Shown piece by piece: positions 9,848 to 19,981 of a stretch of DNA of 64,000 nt. The position numbers were made by a program, and so were the translations under genes. Position 1 is the first letter of the stretch, and each line of letters opens with the position of its first letter. The DNA lies in the NCBI GenBank assembly GCA_963788195.1, contig CAWBGA010000017.1, positions 672,001 through 736,000 of the forward strand. The letters run 5' to 3'. Source of the DNA: Nitrospirota bacterium (GTDB taxonomy: Bacteria; Nitrospirota; Nitrospiria; Nitrospirales; NS-4). A model generated the notes under the pieces. It was not told the DNA's origin, made no database searches, and worked only from the letters and a program-made list of their open reading frames with translations.

Positions 9848-10948
9848 TTATAGAGCGTGTAGCGCGTGGCGGGCGATGCCGAGTTTCTGCATGCGCGCCT
9901 GAAGGGTTGTGCGCTTCGTGCCAAGGCGCGCAGCCGCCCCTGAAGGTCCGCCCACTACCCACCTCGTTACCTGCAATACTTTTAATATATGCTCGCGTTC
10001 AACTTCCTCGAGAGTTTTTGTGCTGTCGGAACTGAGGGACGATGATTCCGTGGTTATTTTCAACTCAGACAACGGCACGCATAGATCGGAGCTTGGAGAA
10101 AGAATAACCGCCCGCTCAACAAAGTGCTCCAGCTCACGAATGTTCCCTGGCCAGTGATACTTCGCCAAAGCATTCATCACCTCAGTGGGAACCGTCTGAA
10201 TCCCTTTGTTCATCCGACGGCCATACTTCTGCACGAAGTGCCTGACCAACAACGGAATGTCCTCGGTTCGCTCGCGAAGCGGAGGGATCCTGATCGGGAA
10301 GACATTGAGGCGGTAATAGAGGTCGCTTCGGAACTCTCTATTCGCGACCATTTGTTTCAGATCGCGGTTCGTTGCCGCCACAACTCTAACGTTCACACGC
10401 AGCGTAAGAGTGCTGCCCAGCCTCTCGAATTCCTGCTCCTGCAAAACCCTCAATAACTTGGCTTGCAGCTCGAGGGGAATATCACCAACCTCATCGAGGA
10501 GAAGTGTGCCCTTATCCGCCAGCTCAAAGCGGCCAATCTTACGGGCAATGGCGCCTGTAAACGCACCTTTTTCGTGCCCAAAGAGTTCGCTTTCCAGCAA
10601 GCCAACGGGAATTGCAGCACAACTAACCTTCACGAAATTACGTTCCCTTCGCTCACTCAGGTTGTGAATGGCACGCCCGATCAGTTCTTTTCCAGTACCC
10701 GTCTCGCCTTGAATGAGCACCGTGGAGTCAGTAGGCGCTACCGTCTCCACCTGATCCAGCACGGCTCCTAGCGAGGAACCGCCCCCAATGATGTCTCCGA
10801 GAGCATTTGAGCGAGTCGCTTCACCGGAGCGCCGCCCGTGATCCGTCGACCACCGAAATGGATCGCGCTGGGGCTCAATTGGAGGATCGCTCGTGAACCG
10901 CGAATCTGCGTGGCGTACATCGCGAAAGGACACAGCATTCATACCCAT
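9848..10948 (-). CDS. Sigma-54 enhancer-binding protein (FhlA-like AAA+ and HTH) with no recognisable sensory domain
   Basis: GETGTGKE, ESELFGHEKGAFTGA, LLDEVGD, HTH GAAARLGTKRTTLQARMQKLGI; only ~50 aa precede the AAA+ domain. Confidence 0.92.
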   Translation of the reverse strand: MGMNAVSFRDVRHADSRFTSDPPIEPQRDPFRWSTDHGRRSGEATRSNALGDIIGGGSSLGAVLDQVETVAPTDSTVLIQGETGTGKELIGRAIHNLSERRERNFVKVSCAAIPVGLLESELFGHEKGAFTGAIARKIGRFELADKGTLLLDEVGDIPLELQAKLLRVLQEQEFERLGSTLTLRVNVRVVAATNRDLKQMVANREFRSDLYYRLNVFPIRIPPLRERTEDIPLLVRHFVQKYGRRMNKGIQTVPTEVMNALAKYHWPGNIRELEHFVERAVILSPSSDLCVPLSELKITTESSSLSSDSTKTLEEVEREHILKVLQVTRWVVGGPSGAAARLGTKRTTLQARMQKLGIARHALHAL

Positions 10949-11045
10949 GACGACCTCCCGTTGCGTCTGTTGAAACCTGCGTGACGCATGATTCGAATTG
11001 TCTGCACGGCCGCAACCTTACGTACCCGCTTCGCGCTGAGGCCGG

Positions 11046-11312
11046 TCACTTTGGGTCTCTTTCTCGCACAATCCACTCGCGGATGTATGCCGGGCAATTC
11101 TCGAGTCTGGTGCCATCCGCTTCGCAACGTGCCAGAAACTTCACTGTCTCTCGATCCACCAGCTTTACCTCTTTCAGATCCAGAACCATACGGTGACCCT
11201 CTGTTTCGCCTTCAAAGAGTCTTTGCAACTCTGCTACATCTTCCGCCTTGATACGACCGCTCAGGGTAAAGACCACCGCTTCCCTAACCGCCGTTTTTTG
11301 AATCTTCAGCAT
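11046..11312 (-). CDS. Small STAS-like protein
   Basis: MLKIQK...FTLSGRI...VLDLKEVKLVDRE...NCPAYIREWI; start reassigned to ATG 11312. Confidence 0.78.
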   Translation of the reverse strand: MLKIQKTAVREAVVFTLSGRIKAEDVAELQRLFEGETEGHRMVLDLKEVKLVDRETVKFLARCEADGTRLENCPAYIREWIVRERDPK

Positions 11313-11354
11313 GGATCGATTCTTTCTTGAAACCACATCTGTCCGTGTCGTATT

Positions 11355-11468
11355 GCAATGCAAGGGCCAACGGTAATCCATTGAAAATGCTTAAGTTCTA
11401 CAAACTACAGGCTCGCGATTATTCGCGAATTGGCGAAATATCGAGAAAAGATGACGGAAGTTTTCGTC
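11355..11468 (-). promoter_or_regulatory. Sigma-54 promoter P3 with variant upstream sites (upstream of STAS and sensor-less bEBP)
   Basis: TGGCCC-TTGCA-TTGC at 11355-11369. IHF-like TTTCAATGGATTA at ~11374-11386. Palindromes TCGCGA-N4-TCGCGA (11413-11428), TGGCGA-N4-TCGAGA (11431-11446) and GACGGA-N4-TTCGTC (11453-11468). Confidence 0.72.
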
Positions 11469-11476
11469 TGCGGCAG

Positions 11477-14025
11477 CTAGGCGGATTTGAAGTGATGCTT
11501 GTTGATCTTCAATGACCTGATCTTCGATTCCAGAGTCGATGGCGGAATACCGAGCTTGGCTGCCGCACCCGACGGTCCGGACACGCGGCCTCTGGTCGCA
11601 GCCAAGGCACCCTCAATCATTGCTTTCTCGTGAGTCGCAAGGTCTTCGGAGAGCGGCTGGCTTGCCGGCTGAGTCGTAAGAGATCTCCCGAGAGAGCCAA
11701 CTCTCATCGACCGAGAAGGTTTCCGTTTCACAGACGATGACAGAGCGTTCAATCACATTCTGAAGCTCTCGAATGTTTCCTGGCCACGGGTACGACTGCA
11801 GCAAGTCCAAGGTCTTTTTGTCGATGCTCCGTATTTTCTTCCCCGTCTTACTGGCATAGCGATCAATAAAGTATTCGACCAGCACGGAGATGTCTTCCTT
11901 ACGGTCGCGTAGCGGAGGCATCTCAATAGGAAACACGTTGAGCCGATAAAACAGATCGCTGCGAAAGGCGCCGGCCGCGATGGCCGTCGTCAAGTCACGA
12001 TTGGTGGCCGCAATTACCCGCACGTCAGCTCGAATCGAGTGATTTCCACCCACACGCTCAAATTCGTGCTCTTGCAGCACACGCAACAGCGCAATCTGGG
12101 TCTCAGCCGGAAGTTCCCCGATTTCATCGAGGAAGATCGTCCCGCCTTCCGCGAGCTCGAAGCGGCCGAGGTGGCGCTGCAATGCTCCCGTGAACGCGCC
12201 CTTCTCATGCCCGAACAACTCCGAGGCGATCAAGGACGGCGGGATCGCGGCACAATTCACATTCACAAAGGCTCGGGCGGACCGCTGCGACCGCTTGTGG
12301 ATCGCACGCGCAATGAGTTCCTTGCCTGTCCCGGTCTCACCGGTGATGAGAACGGTGGAGTCTGTCGGGGCGACCTTGGCGGCACGTGCAAGCACGGCTT
12401 GCAAAGCCGGAGACGCCCCGACAATCTCCTCGAACATGGACGACCGGTCGATCTCCTCTTTGAGGGCCAGGTTCTCTTTGTAGAGTTGGTCTTTTAAGAC
12501 CTGGATTTCCTGGAACGCCTGCTCCAACGTCGCCTCGGTCCGCTTGCTCGCGGTGATGTCGTTGTTGGTCTCCAGGGTCGCGGCGGGCAGCCCTTGCTTG
12601 TCTCGCTGCAAAGACCAGCGGCTCGCCACAATGACCTGCGTCCCGTCTCGCTTCGTATGTACGAGCTCTCCCTCCCAGCGTCCCGTGCGGAGCAACTGCG
12701 CATTGATTTCTTCAAGCGGCGCGGGGAAGATCGTCTGCATGAGCCGGTGAGAGGCCTTGCCGACCGCCTCCTCTCTCGTCCATCCGTACAGCTCCTCGGC
12801 GCCCCGATTCCAGTAGGTGATGACGTCGTGCATGTCGCGTACGAAGACTGTGTCGTGCGTGAGGTTAAGGAGGCTTGCCTGCTCGCGCAGCACCTCTTCC
12901 GCCCGCTTGCGCTCGGTGATGTCCATCATCGCGCCAACAAACTCGATGTCGTCCGAATTCATCGTCTGAAGGCATGGGCCACAACATTGACTATACTGTG
13001 ACGGAACCATCTGGCATCGCAATCGATGTTCAAAATCAAACTCCTTCCCTTCCTGCGATGCGCCGTTCGATTGTCTGTTCACGAATGGTCGCGTCTTCCG
13101 GTATAGAACCCGTTGGAGAACAGCGAAGTTCCCACGGTCGGTTTCGTCGTTCGGTCGTATTGGAAGATTCGATAAGTTTCCTCTGACCAGAGGATCTGTT
13201 GGTACGAAATCCTCCAGCCGAAGCTCCCCGTATGGCTGAGCCGCTGAGCTTCCGCCAGGTGCGAACTTCTCCCGACGCCGCAGCTCCTGGGTCAGGTGCT
13301 CTTGCTCCGTCACATCCAGGCAAGCCCCGATATAGCGGGTGACTACTTCCTGTTGGTATACGGGAGTGCCAACCTCACGTATCCATCGAAGCTCACCGTC
13401 AGGTCGGACTATGCGGTACTTGATGTCATAGGCTTTACCTTCCGATACCAATTGTTTTTCAGCTTCCTCAACGAACGTGCGGTCTTCGGGGTGGTAGATA
13501 CGCACAAAATCCGCGAGAGTCGGCGTTCCTTTTGTCGTGTCCAACCCAAAAATGTTCGAACACCTCCCGTGAATAGTAATTGTGGCTTTCAGAGGGATCC
13601 CACGCCCAGCTTCCCACGCGGGTAAGTCGCTGCGCTTGGGCGAGATACGCCTCGCTCCGCCGCGCTTTGGACATCAGGCGAGTGATGACCAATGCGGTTG
13701 TCAAGAAGACAATCGATGCGACAACGTCCAGAGGGTCGGTCACCCGTATAGAGAAAAGCGGTGGTACAAAGAAATACTGCAAACATAAAACGGCGACAAC
13801 GGAGACAAAGACCGATGAAGCGAAGCTGCCTCTGAGGGACACGAGCACGACTACAATCAGATAGAGAAGGACGATGGTCGCGAGATTGATCTGGAGTCGA
13901 TAGCCGACAAAGGTGAGTAATGCCAGACCAAGGGTGCCCAACAAACCTTGCGTGGCTGAATGCCAGAATCTATAGGTCTCGTTAGTTTGCTGCGCAGGGC
14001 CTTGTCTTGCGGTCACGTGGGACAT
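11477..14025 (-). pseudogene. Membrane-anchored (DUF4118/KdpD-like TM) multi-PAS sigma-54 bEBP, several frameshifts
   Basis: Segments 13468..14025 (4 TM), 11613..13544 (PAS/PAC, GETGTGKE, GAFTGA) and 11477..11752 (HTH GAAAKLGIPPSTLESKIRSLKI) are joined by indels near 13558, 13260-12960 and 11684. The indels could be sequencing errors. Confidence 0.82.
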
Positions 14026-14144
14026 ACGCAGAGCCTCGGTGGGCCTTCTCAGACTCGGCAGCGTACTCCCCTGGTATTCAGACGGTCAAGACTCGCGTGA
14101 CCGAAGAGTGGCGCCCTCAACGATGCTGAAGGAACGCTGCTCCC

Positions 14145-14875
14145 CTAGGGCTGTCGACTCGATCGCAACAGGTACAGCAACAAGGCGACGAAGAAGGTCA
14201 CGCCCAGTACATACAGCAACCAGGCGTGCCTGTGAAAAAACACCGCAATGACGTGGACGTCCCGACCCAAGTAATAAGTTCCGAGACCCCAGGCGCATGT
14301 CCAGAGAATCGCGCCCGCGACGTTGTACGCCGTGAAGGTCCACCAGGGCATCTTCATCACTCCGGCGACGATCCCATTCAACTGCCTCAGCCCATCGAGA
14401 AATCGCGCCAGCAGAATAACGAGGCCGCCCCGCCGATTGAAAAGATCAGCCCAGTGCTGTTGCCGCTGCGGGTTGATCTTGAGTTTGTCCAGTGCCACCC
14501 GCTCCGCCCCATCGACCAATCGCGTAACCGGCGCTGTTTCCGAGCGCGGCCGCCGCCGTTACGAGTAACAGGAGCAAAGCGATGTTCATTCGCCCCTCAG
14601 CGGCCTCCAGGGCGCCCGCAATAAGCAAGGTTTGCCCCGGCGCGGGGATTCCCATGCCTTCCGCCATGACGGCCGCAACTGCAGCGCCATAACCGTAGCG
14701 CTGCAATAGCGGTTGCTATTTTCTCGACAGCGTGTTCGAACTCCTGTGCCATCGCGCTTTGGTGATGGTCCGAGGCCACAGGTGAATCCCCGCCAGCTGT
14801 AGTGGAAGAGAAGGCAACGAAAAAGAACACAGCCCCGCTAAGCCGCAACCAAAAAAGAAAAATCCTTGGACTCAT
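14145..14875 (-). pseudogene. DedA-family protein, frameshifted
   Basis: Three overlapping ORFs carry EGMGIPAPGQTLLI, GNSAGYAIGRWGG and LARFLDGLRQLNGIVAG. Confidence 0.78.
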
Positions 14876-14933
14876 GAAGCAATCGTACCGCACCGTTCGA
14901 TGACACCTGGACATACCCTTACCGGGGCAGCTA

Positions 14934-15635
14934 TTAATTTGTCTGAAGCGTTAACAGCAGTTGATCTGTTGCCGCCGTGAACGCGATCTTCCCCAGCTCC
15001 GCGAACGGATCCCCTTCAACGACCGTAAATGGCCCGGTCGTTGTTTGCGTTCTATAGTAGATGCGGGGGTAGCCGATAGTCCTCGCCACGTCCCGGCGCT
15101 GCCCGAGGATATAATCTTCCTGGCCTGCCGCGGTCAGGAGGATCCGGCCGGTGGTGAGATCCACGACGGCCGCGTCCATTTGGGCGAACAACTGAGTCTC
15201 AATAATCGGATACTCCTGCACGCGCTGCACCGATCGTGAGCTGGGGATTAACACCAGAAGATGCTCCAGGCCGGTCTCTTTGCCGATCTGGCGCAATCGC
15301 TCGGGCGTGAGGCCACCCTTGCCGTCTCCCGGAAGTACGATCGGCGACGCGATCTTACTGATCGCGAGCTTCGTGTCCGGTAGGTTCGTTCGCACGCGCT
15401 CCAGCAGCTCCTTCTGCATAACAGGTGTCAATGCCGTCGGCTTCGCAGCTTCCGTTTCAGGGATGGCCAGGACCACTGCAACGGGTATCGGCGCCTTTCG
15501 GGGTGGGCCTGCGGGGGCCGTTGAGAACCCAGCGAAGTAGTCGCTCGCGCGCGAGCCGGGTACTGCGCATCCGGTGGTACCCACCACCGAGATCACGAAT
15601 GTCACGACCAAGAACGTCTTAACTAGGATTTTCAT
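14934..15635 (-). CDS. Lipoprotein (resembles the rhombotarget-lipoprotein type)
   Basis: Start ATG 15635 after AAGGAGG; lipobox TTGC; paralogous to 37576..38289. Confidence 0.65.
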   Translation of the reverse strand: MKILVKTFLVVTFVISVVGTTGCAVPGSRASDYFAGFSTAPAGPPRKAPIPVAVVLAIPETEAAKPTALTPVMQKELLERVRTNLPDTKLAISKIASPIVLPGDGKGGLTPERLRQIGKETGLEHLLVLIPSSRSVQRVQEYPIIETQLFAQMDAAVVDLTTGRILLTAAGQEDYILGQRRDVARTIGYPRIYYRTQTTTGPFTVVEGDPFAELGKIAFTAATDQLLLTLQTN

Positions 15636-15806
15636 TTTGGCCTCCTTGGGAATCGCTACCCGCCTCGGCGTGTTCCCTGGAGAGCGATTCGTAGGGCTGT
15701 TGCAGGTGTACTGGGATGTGGCTGATGTACCTGACCTCTGGGGCTGTTTCCAACGAAGTCCTGCACAAGCGTTGATGGGTCTGATCCCTTCACGCAAGGC
15801 TGAACC

Positions 15807-16733
15807 TCATTTCTTTTGGGTATCGAGAGCCGCCTTCAAACCCTTGGCCAAATCGGTCGTCGGTCCAACTCCCCAGTAATGCAAAAAGACGACTCGCGGC
15901 GATTCCGTTTCAATATGGTTGTGAATGGCAACCACATTGATCCCCGCGCCGCGTAAAGCCTTCAGCACAGATTGAAGCTCTTTCTCTAACGTCACGAAAT
16001 CCCCGTCGACGACCGCTTGTTGATCGCTTCCCACAAACGCCGCCCACGTGTTGATACCCATGGCATTCCCGACCTCGTCCCCGTCCATCTTCGTCGTGCG
16101 ACCAATCGTAATCTTGTAAACCCCACTGCCCATTTGTCCATTCATGCCCATGATACCTTCAATTTTTTTCGGATCTAGTGAGGTCTTGGCAGGATCCAGA
16201 TCAGTCTTGGGTATTTCTCCTTTACTGCCGCTCGTTTCCTTGATCTTGGCGAACACCTTTCCTACCGCGGAAGCAAGCTTCTCCTCATCACCCATCCCGC
16301 CGATGTGCATGAACATAACTTTCGGAGAATCCCAGAAAAAATGGTTATGAAGGGCTGTAACTTCCAGCCCGGCCTCCAGCGCGACGCTCATTACAGGATT
16401 GACCTGGTCCTCGAGCAGTGTAGTGTCCCCCATAACCATTGTCTTGGCACCGGCTTTCATAAAGGCTGCATATGAGGTCAACCCCATAGCTGGATTCATC
16501 TTCACTCCCGCTGTAGTGACCTGAAGATCCGTTCGCGGAACACTGACTTTAAACACGCCTTCTTTTTCGTTGAGTTCTCCTTTTACGCCCGTAAGCTGCT
16601 CGATCTTGGCCGTGTCGACGTTTCCGTCCGCTGCCGACAGGGCTGCCATCTTACCCGCCGCCAAATACGGAAAAGCCGAGAGTCCTCCCACAAGAAAAAT
16701 AAGAGTTATCCTTTGATTGAGATTCTTTTTCAT
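15807..16733 (-). CDS. Secreted protein with two DUF1259 (LppY/LpqO-like) domains
   Basis: Duplicated GD...A(L/I)HNH...F(M/L)H motif; N-terminal signal peptide. Confidence 0.82.
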   Translation of the reverse strand: MKKNLNQRITLIFLVGGLSAFPYLAAGKMAALSAADGNVDTAKIEQLTGVKGELNEKEGVFKVSVPRTDLQVTTAGVKMNPAMGLTSYAAFMKAGAKTMVMGDTTLLEDQVNPVMSVALEAGLEVTALHNHFFWDSPKVMFMHIGGMGDEEKLASAVGKVFAKIKETSGSKGEIPKTDLDPAKTSLDPKKIEGIMGMNGQMGSGVYKITIGRTTKMDGDEVGNAMGINTWAAFVGSDQQAVVDGDFVTLEKELQSVLKALRGAGINVVAIHNHIETESPRVVFLHYWGVGPTTDLAKGLKAALDTQKK

Positions 16734-16820
16734 GTCCAGACTCCTTTCATTGAATAAACCACTTCCATCACCAGATCGATGACGGTGGAATGCCTCTGCA
16801 GTTCCATATCAGTTAGTGCT

Positions 16821-18920
16821 TCAGCGGCCATGCCCGCCTCCGCCGTGTCCGCCCCCGAACCCGCCGCTGCCGAGGCCCCGGTTCATGGAGCCGAGTCGCT
16901 GCTCGCCGAGCTGCCGGGCCTGATGCGACTGTTCGTGCTCAGCGGTCGGCCCTCTCACGCCCTCCCAGCCGCTGGCGCGGTTGTGCTGAAGCCACTGGCC
17001 GCCTTCTTGTCGAAACACGTGGCCATCGCGCCCGGCGAATGCATCGATCCCGGATCGTCCGATCCGAGGGCCCCCGATGTGACCGATACCTGGCCTCCCG
17101 ATCACGCGGGCGCCGCCGTCCCAGTGATGGAAGATGTTCATGTGACTGATGTCGTGATGCCGGAAGAAGTGATGATCCCGGAACCCGAAGAAGCGATGAT
17201 CCCGGAACCCGAAGAAGTGATGATCCCGGAATCCGAAGCCGAAGCCGAACTCGAAGCCGGTGAAGACGTCGACCCCGAAGCCCAGGGCGAACGGGCTCCA
17301 GCCCCAGGTGACCGGCTCCGGATACCAGAACGCCCCCGTCCAAGCCGGATAGGCATAGCCCGTGCCGTAGACCACGACTGGGCCCGGCGCCACCACCGTC
17401 CCCAGATAGCCCGGCGTGTACCCCGTGTACACGACGTCGGGCGTCGACCCGTACACGTCAACATAGGTCACGTAGTGGAGCGGCGAGCTCGTCGGGATCG
17501 TATAGATCACGGGCGGCACGCTCGTCGCCACTGTCCAGGCTCCGTTGGGCGACGTGTTCACAAACCACACGCCGTTTTGAAGCGCGTAGTACGAGGATGC
17601 GTCGACACGGATGACGGGCACCGACGCGTTCACCACGTATTGCAGCGGGGTCCCCTCGATGGGCTTGAGCTGCGGCGGGCCGTCGTACCGGAACGAGAGC
17701 TTCGCCTCGCGCCGGCTGATCGTGGCGGTTTGCGGGATGTCGTTGGCGATCACGGCTTCCCGCGCCTGCGGCGTCCCGGGAACGGAGGCGAGCACCTCTC
17801 CTTTCGGATGGCTCTCGGGGATGCGGGCGAAGTCCTTCGGGAGTCGATCACCGCTCACGAACTGCCAGGGGCCTTGCAGGGACTTGGCGCGAAACCACCG
17901 GCCAGAGAGCAGCACGTAGTAGGCCTGCTCCGGCGTGTACAGGAAGAGGTCCTCGTCGGTGTTCGTCACCGCCAGGACGCCGGTGGCGCCCACCGGCGCG
18001 AAGGCCGGCTGGCCTCTCACCACGAGGAGCTCGGCCGGGGTGGTGCTCACGTAGATGGTCGGGGTGGATCCGGCCTGGAGCAGCGGCGCGAGATCAGGGG
18101 CGTCGTCGTCGAGGAGATCCACCTGCCCGCCCTGGACGGCCGCCTGTTTGGCCGTTTCCAGGGAGGACGACGGGTCGCTCGCCACCGCCCAGGGCCCGTC
18201 GAGCTTGGGAGCCGCGAGCCACTGATTCCGCAGCCACAAGTAGTACTGGCCTGCCGACTGGTCGAGCAAGAGCAGTACGCGCGTGTTGATCACGCGGAGG
18301 AGCGATGTTCCGGCAACCGACCGGAGTACGGGCTGGCCGTCGATTCGAACGAGGAGCGCCGGCGCCTCGCTGACAATGATTCTCGGCGGGTCGTTCCTGA
18401 CCGGCACGATCCGGCGCGGGTTCTCGGCCTGCTCGACCTCGAGTTCGGCCTGGAGGCGATCGAGCGCGATCGTCAGTGGCGTCTCCGAGAAGGCGCGCTG
18501 GAGCGCCGCGAGGTAGCCGGCCCCGCCGTCCGGCACGGTCGGGAAGTCCGCCTTAGAGACGGTCAGCTCCTCCAGCGTGACCATCTGCGTCTCCTTATCG
18601 ACCTGGGTCCGAGCGGTGAACCAGATCACCCCGTACCGAGGCTCAGGCGACGCCTGGCCCTCGACCGCCACCGCCGACCGGCCGTCGAGTCGCCCTTGCT
18701 CCCAGCGGTCGTACTGCGGCTGGAAGATCGAGAAGGTGTTGTCCCCGCTGGTGAGCTGACGAGGCCAGGGGTCTGCTGACGGCTCTCCCATGGCCGGCGG
18801 CGCCTCATCCGAGGCCGCCATGACCGGTGCGCACGCTGCCAGGACCGGCAACACCAGCAGCACGCAGAGGACCACGACCAGCAGCTTCCGACTTCGTCCG
18901 TCCCTAAGACACGTCATCAT
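16821..18920 (-). CDS. Large secreted hypothetical protein with His/Gly-rich low-complexity tail
   Basis: Hydrophobic leader; DPWPR...QPQ..W; YYVLLSGRWFRA; tail with GFRDHHFF repeats. Confidence 0.8.
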   Translation of the reverse strand: MMTCLRDGRSRKLLVVVLCVLLVLPVLAACAPVMAASDEAPPAMGEPSADPWPRQLTSGDNTFSIFQPQYDRWEQGRLDGRSAVAVEGQASPEPRYGVIWFTARTQVDKETQMVTLEELTVSKADFPTVPDGGAGYLAALQRAFSETPLTIALDRLQAELEVEQAENPRRIVPVRNDPPRIIVSEAPALLVRIDGQPVLRSVAGTSLLRVINTRVLLLLDQSAGQYYLWLRNQWLAAPKLDGPWAVASDPSSSLETAKQAAVQGGQVDLLDDDAPDLAPLLQAGSTPTIYVSTTPAELLVVRGQPAFAPVGATGVLAVTNTDEDLFLYTPEQAYYVLLSGRWFRAKSLQGPWQFVSGDRLPKDFARIPESHPKGEVLASVPGTPQAREAVIANDIPQTATISRREAKLSFRYDGPPQLKPIEGTPLQYVVNASVPVIRVDASSYYALQNGVWFVNTSPNGAWTVATSVPPVIYTIPTSSPLHYVTYVDVYGSTPDVVYTGYTPGYLGTVVAPGPVVVYGTGYAYPAWTGAFWYPEPVTWGWSPFALGFGVDVFTGFEFGFGFGFRDHHFFGFRDHRFFGFRDHHFFRHHDISHMNIFHHWDGGARVIGRPGIGHIGGPRIGRSGIDAFAGRDGHVFRQEGGQWLQHNRASGWEGVRGPTAEHEQSHQARQLGEQRLGSMNRGLGSGGFGGGHGGGGHGR
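17163..17234. repeat. Coding tandem repeat, 3 x 24 bp
   Basis: GAAGAAG(T/C)GATGATCCCGGAA(C/T)CC x3, encoding GFRDH(H/R)FF on the minus strand. Confidence 0.9.
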
Positions 18921-19053
18921 CTCTCCGCTCAGTCCACCGGGTGGATCGGGCTCTACTTCTTGCAGCGCTTCGTGCATTGATCACCTCGTAGACGATCATG
19001 GATAGCCCGACCACGATCATCAACCAAAAGACGAGCTCTTGAATGGACCTCAT
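18904..19053 (-). CDS. Single-TM peptide (copy 2)
   Basis: MRSIQELVFWLMIVVGLSMIVYEVINARS with an AAGGAG RBS; first ORF after P4. Confidence 0.62.
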   Translation of the reverse strand: MRSIQELVFWLMIVVGLSMIVYEVINARSAARSRARSTRWTERRDDDVS

Positions 19054-19150
19054 GGCGTTCTCCTTTGCATGAGCGATCACCGATATGCTTACCAGCTCAA
19101 CTGCTCGATGCGGATCATCCCCGGCACGGACCTCTCGATAAGACGATTGA

Positions 19151-19297
19151 GCAAATGCTGTTCCAGAAAGTTGCAGCAAGAGAATCCTCACTTAACTGCC
19201 TGAAGAATTGGGATCCTGCTTTCCAAGCTGTCGATAAAGGGGCGTTCAGCGGGAATGTGCCTGCCGATATCTTGGCGCGATTGCCCAAACCTCGGCA
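19151..19297 (-). promoter_or_regulatory. Sigma-54 promoter P4 with IHF-like site and tandem enhancer
   Basis: TGGAAC-AGCAT-TTGC at 19151-19165. IHF-like CTTCAGGCAGTTA at 19193-19205. TGCCGATATCTTGGCG (19262-19277) and TGCCCAAACCTCGGCA (19282-19297). Confidence 0.85.
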
Positions 19298-19370
19298 TGG
19301 GTCGCAGGCTCTGCAAAAGGCAGGGACTAAATGGACAGCGTTGAATTTTTAAAACTTGAAGCCCACCTCG

Positions 19371-19946
19371 CTACTGCGGTGGAGGCGGTGGTGGTGGGTA
19401 TGCTGGTGGCGGAGGTGCCTGCACGGGGACACCCGTTTGCATAATCACTGGCGGCGGCTGATAAACAACAATTGGCTGCCGGTAATTGTGGTATGGGTAA
19501 TAGGATGTGGGCGGCGTGAATGCCGGAAGTTGATTGCCTTTGGCGAACATGCATTGCTCATAGGCGATGTCGTAACGCCGCCGGATATCCCGCTCCGCGG
19601 CTCCTGCCCCTCCCGCTCCGGCGGCCGAACCGACAATCAGGCCCGTTCCAGCACCGATCGCTGCACCCCGTCCACCGCCGAACAATGCTCCGGCGGCGGC
19701 GCCCACCACTGTACCAACAGCCGCCCCTGTTGCCAGATTGGTTGCCCCCGCGGTGTTCACATTAGTTCCCACAGACTGATCCGCATAAACGCGGCAGGCA
19801 CCCTCGTCCGTCACAAATTGCTCAAAGCTCTTTCCAGGACCCGGCATGACGGCAACGTGTGGCCCTTGTGGCACCGTCGCGCAACCAGCCAATACGAGCG
19901 TCAGCAGCAGCGCTACTGTATTCAAAAGTTGGCTGGGCATGGACAA
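19371..19946 (-). CDS. Glycine-zipper lipoprotein with Pro-rich tail
   Basis: Lipobox LAGC; VMPGPGKSFEQF; GAAVGTVVGAAAGA zipper; YEQCMFAKGNQ. Confidence 0.82.
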   Translation of the reverse strand: MSMPSQLLNTVALLLTLVLAGCATVPQGPHVAVMPGPGKSFEQFVTDEGACRVYADQSVGTNVNTAGATNLATGAAVGTVVGAAAGALFGGGRGAAIGAGTGLIVGSAAGAGGAGAAERDIRRRYDIAYEQCMFAKGNQLPAFTPPTSYYPYHNYRQPIVVYQPPPVIMQTGVPVQAPPPPAYPPPPPPPQ

Positions 19947-19981
19947 CTCCTCTCTTGCGCTCGAACCGATTGCCTCAATGT

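Noticed and set aside
17163..17234. CRISPR-like array
   Set aside because: The units are contiguous with no spacers, lie in frame within a gene, and no cas genes are present.
16779..18779. 666-aa plus-strand ORF with PEPEEVMI repeats
   Set aside because: Antisense shadow of the GC-rich gene at 16821..18920; Arg/Gly/His-rich with no motif.
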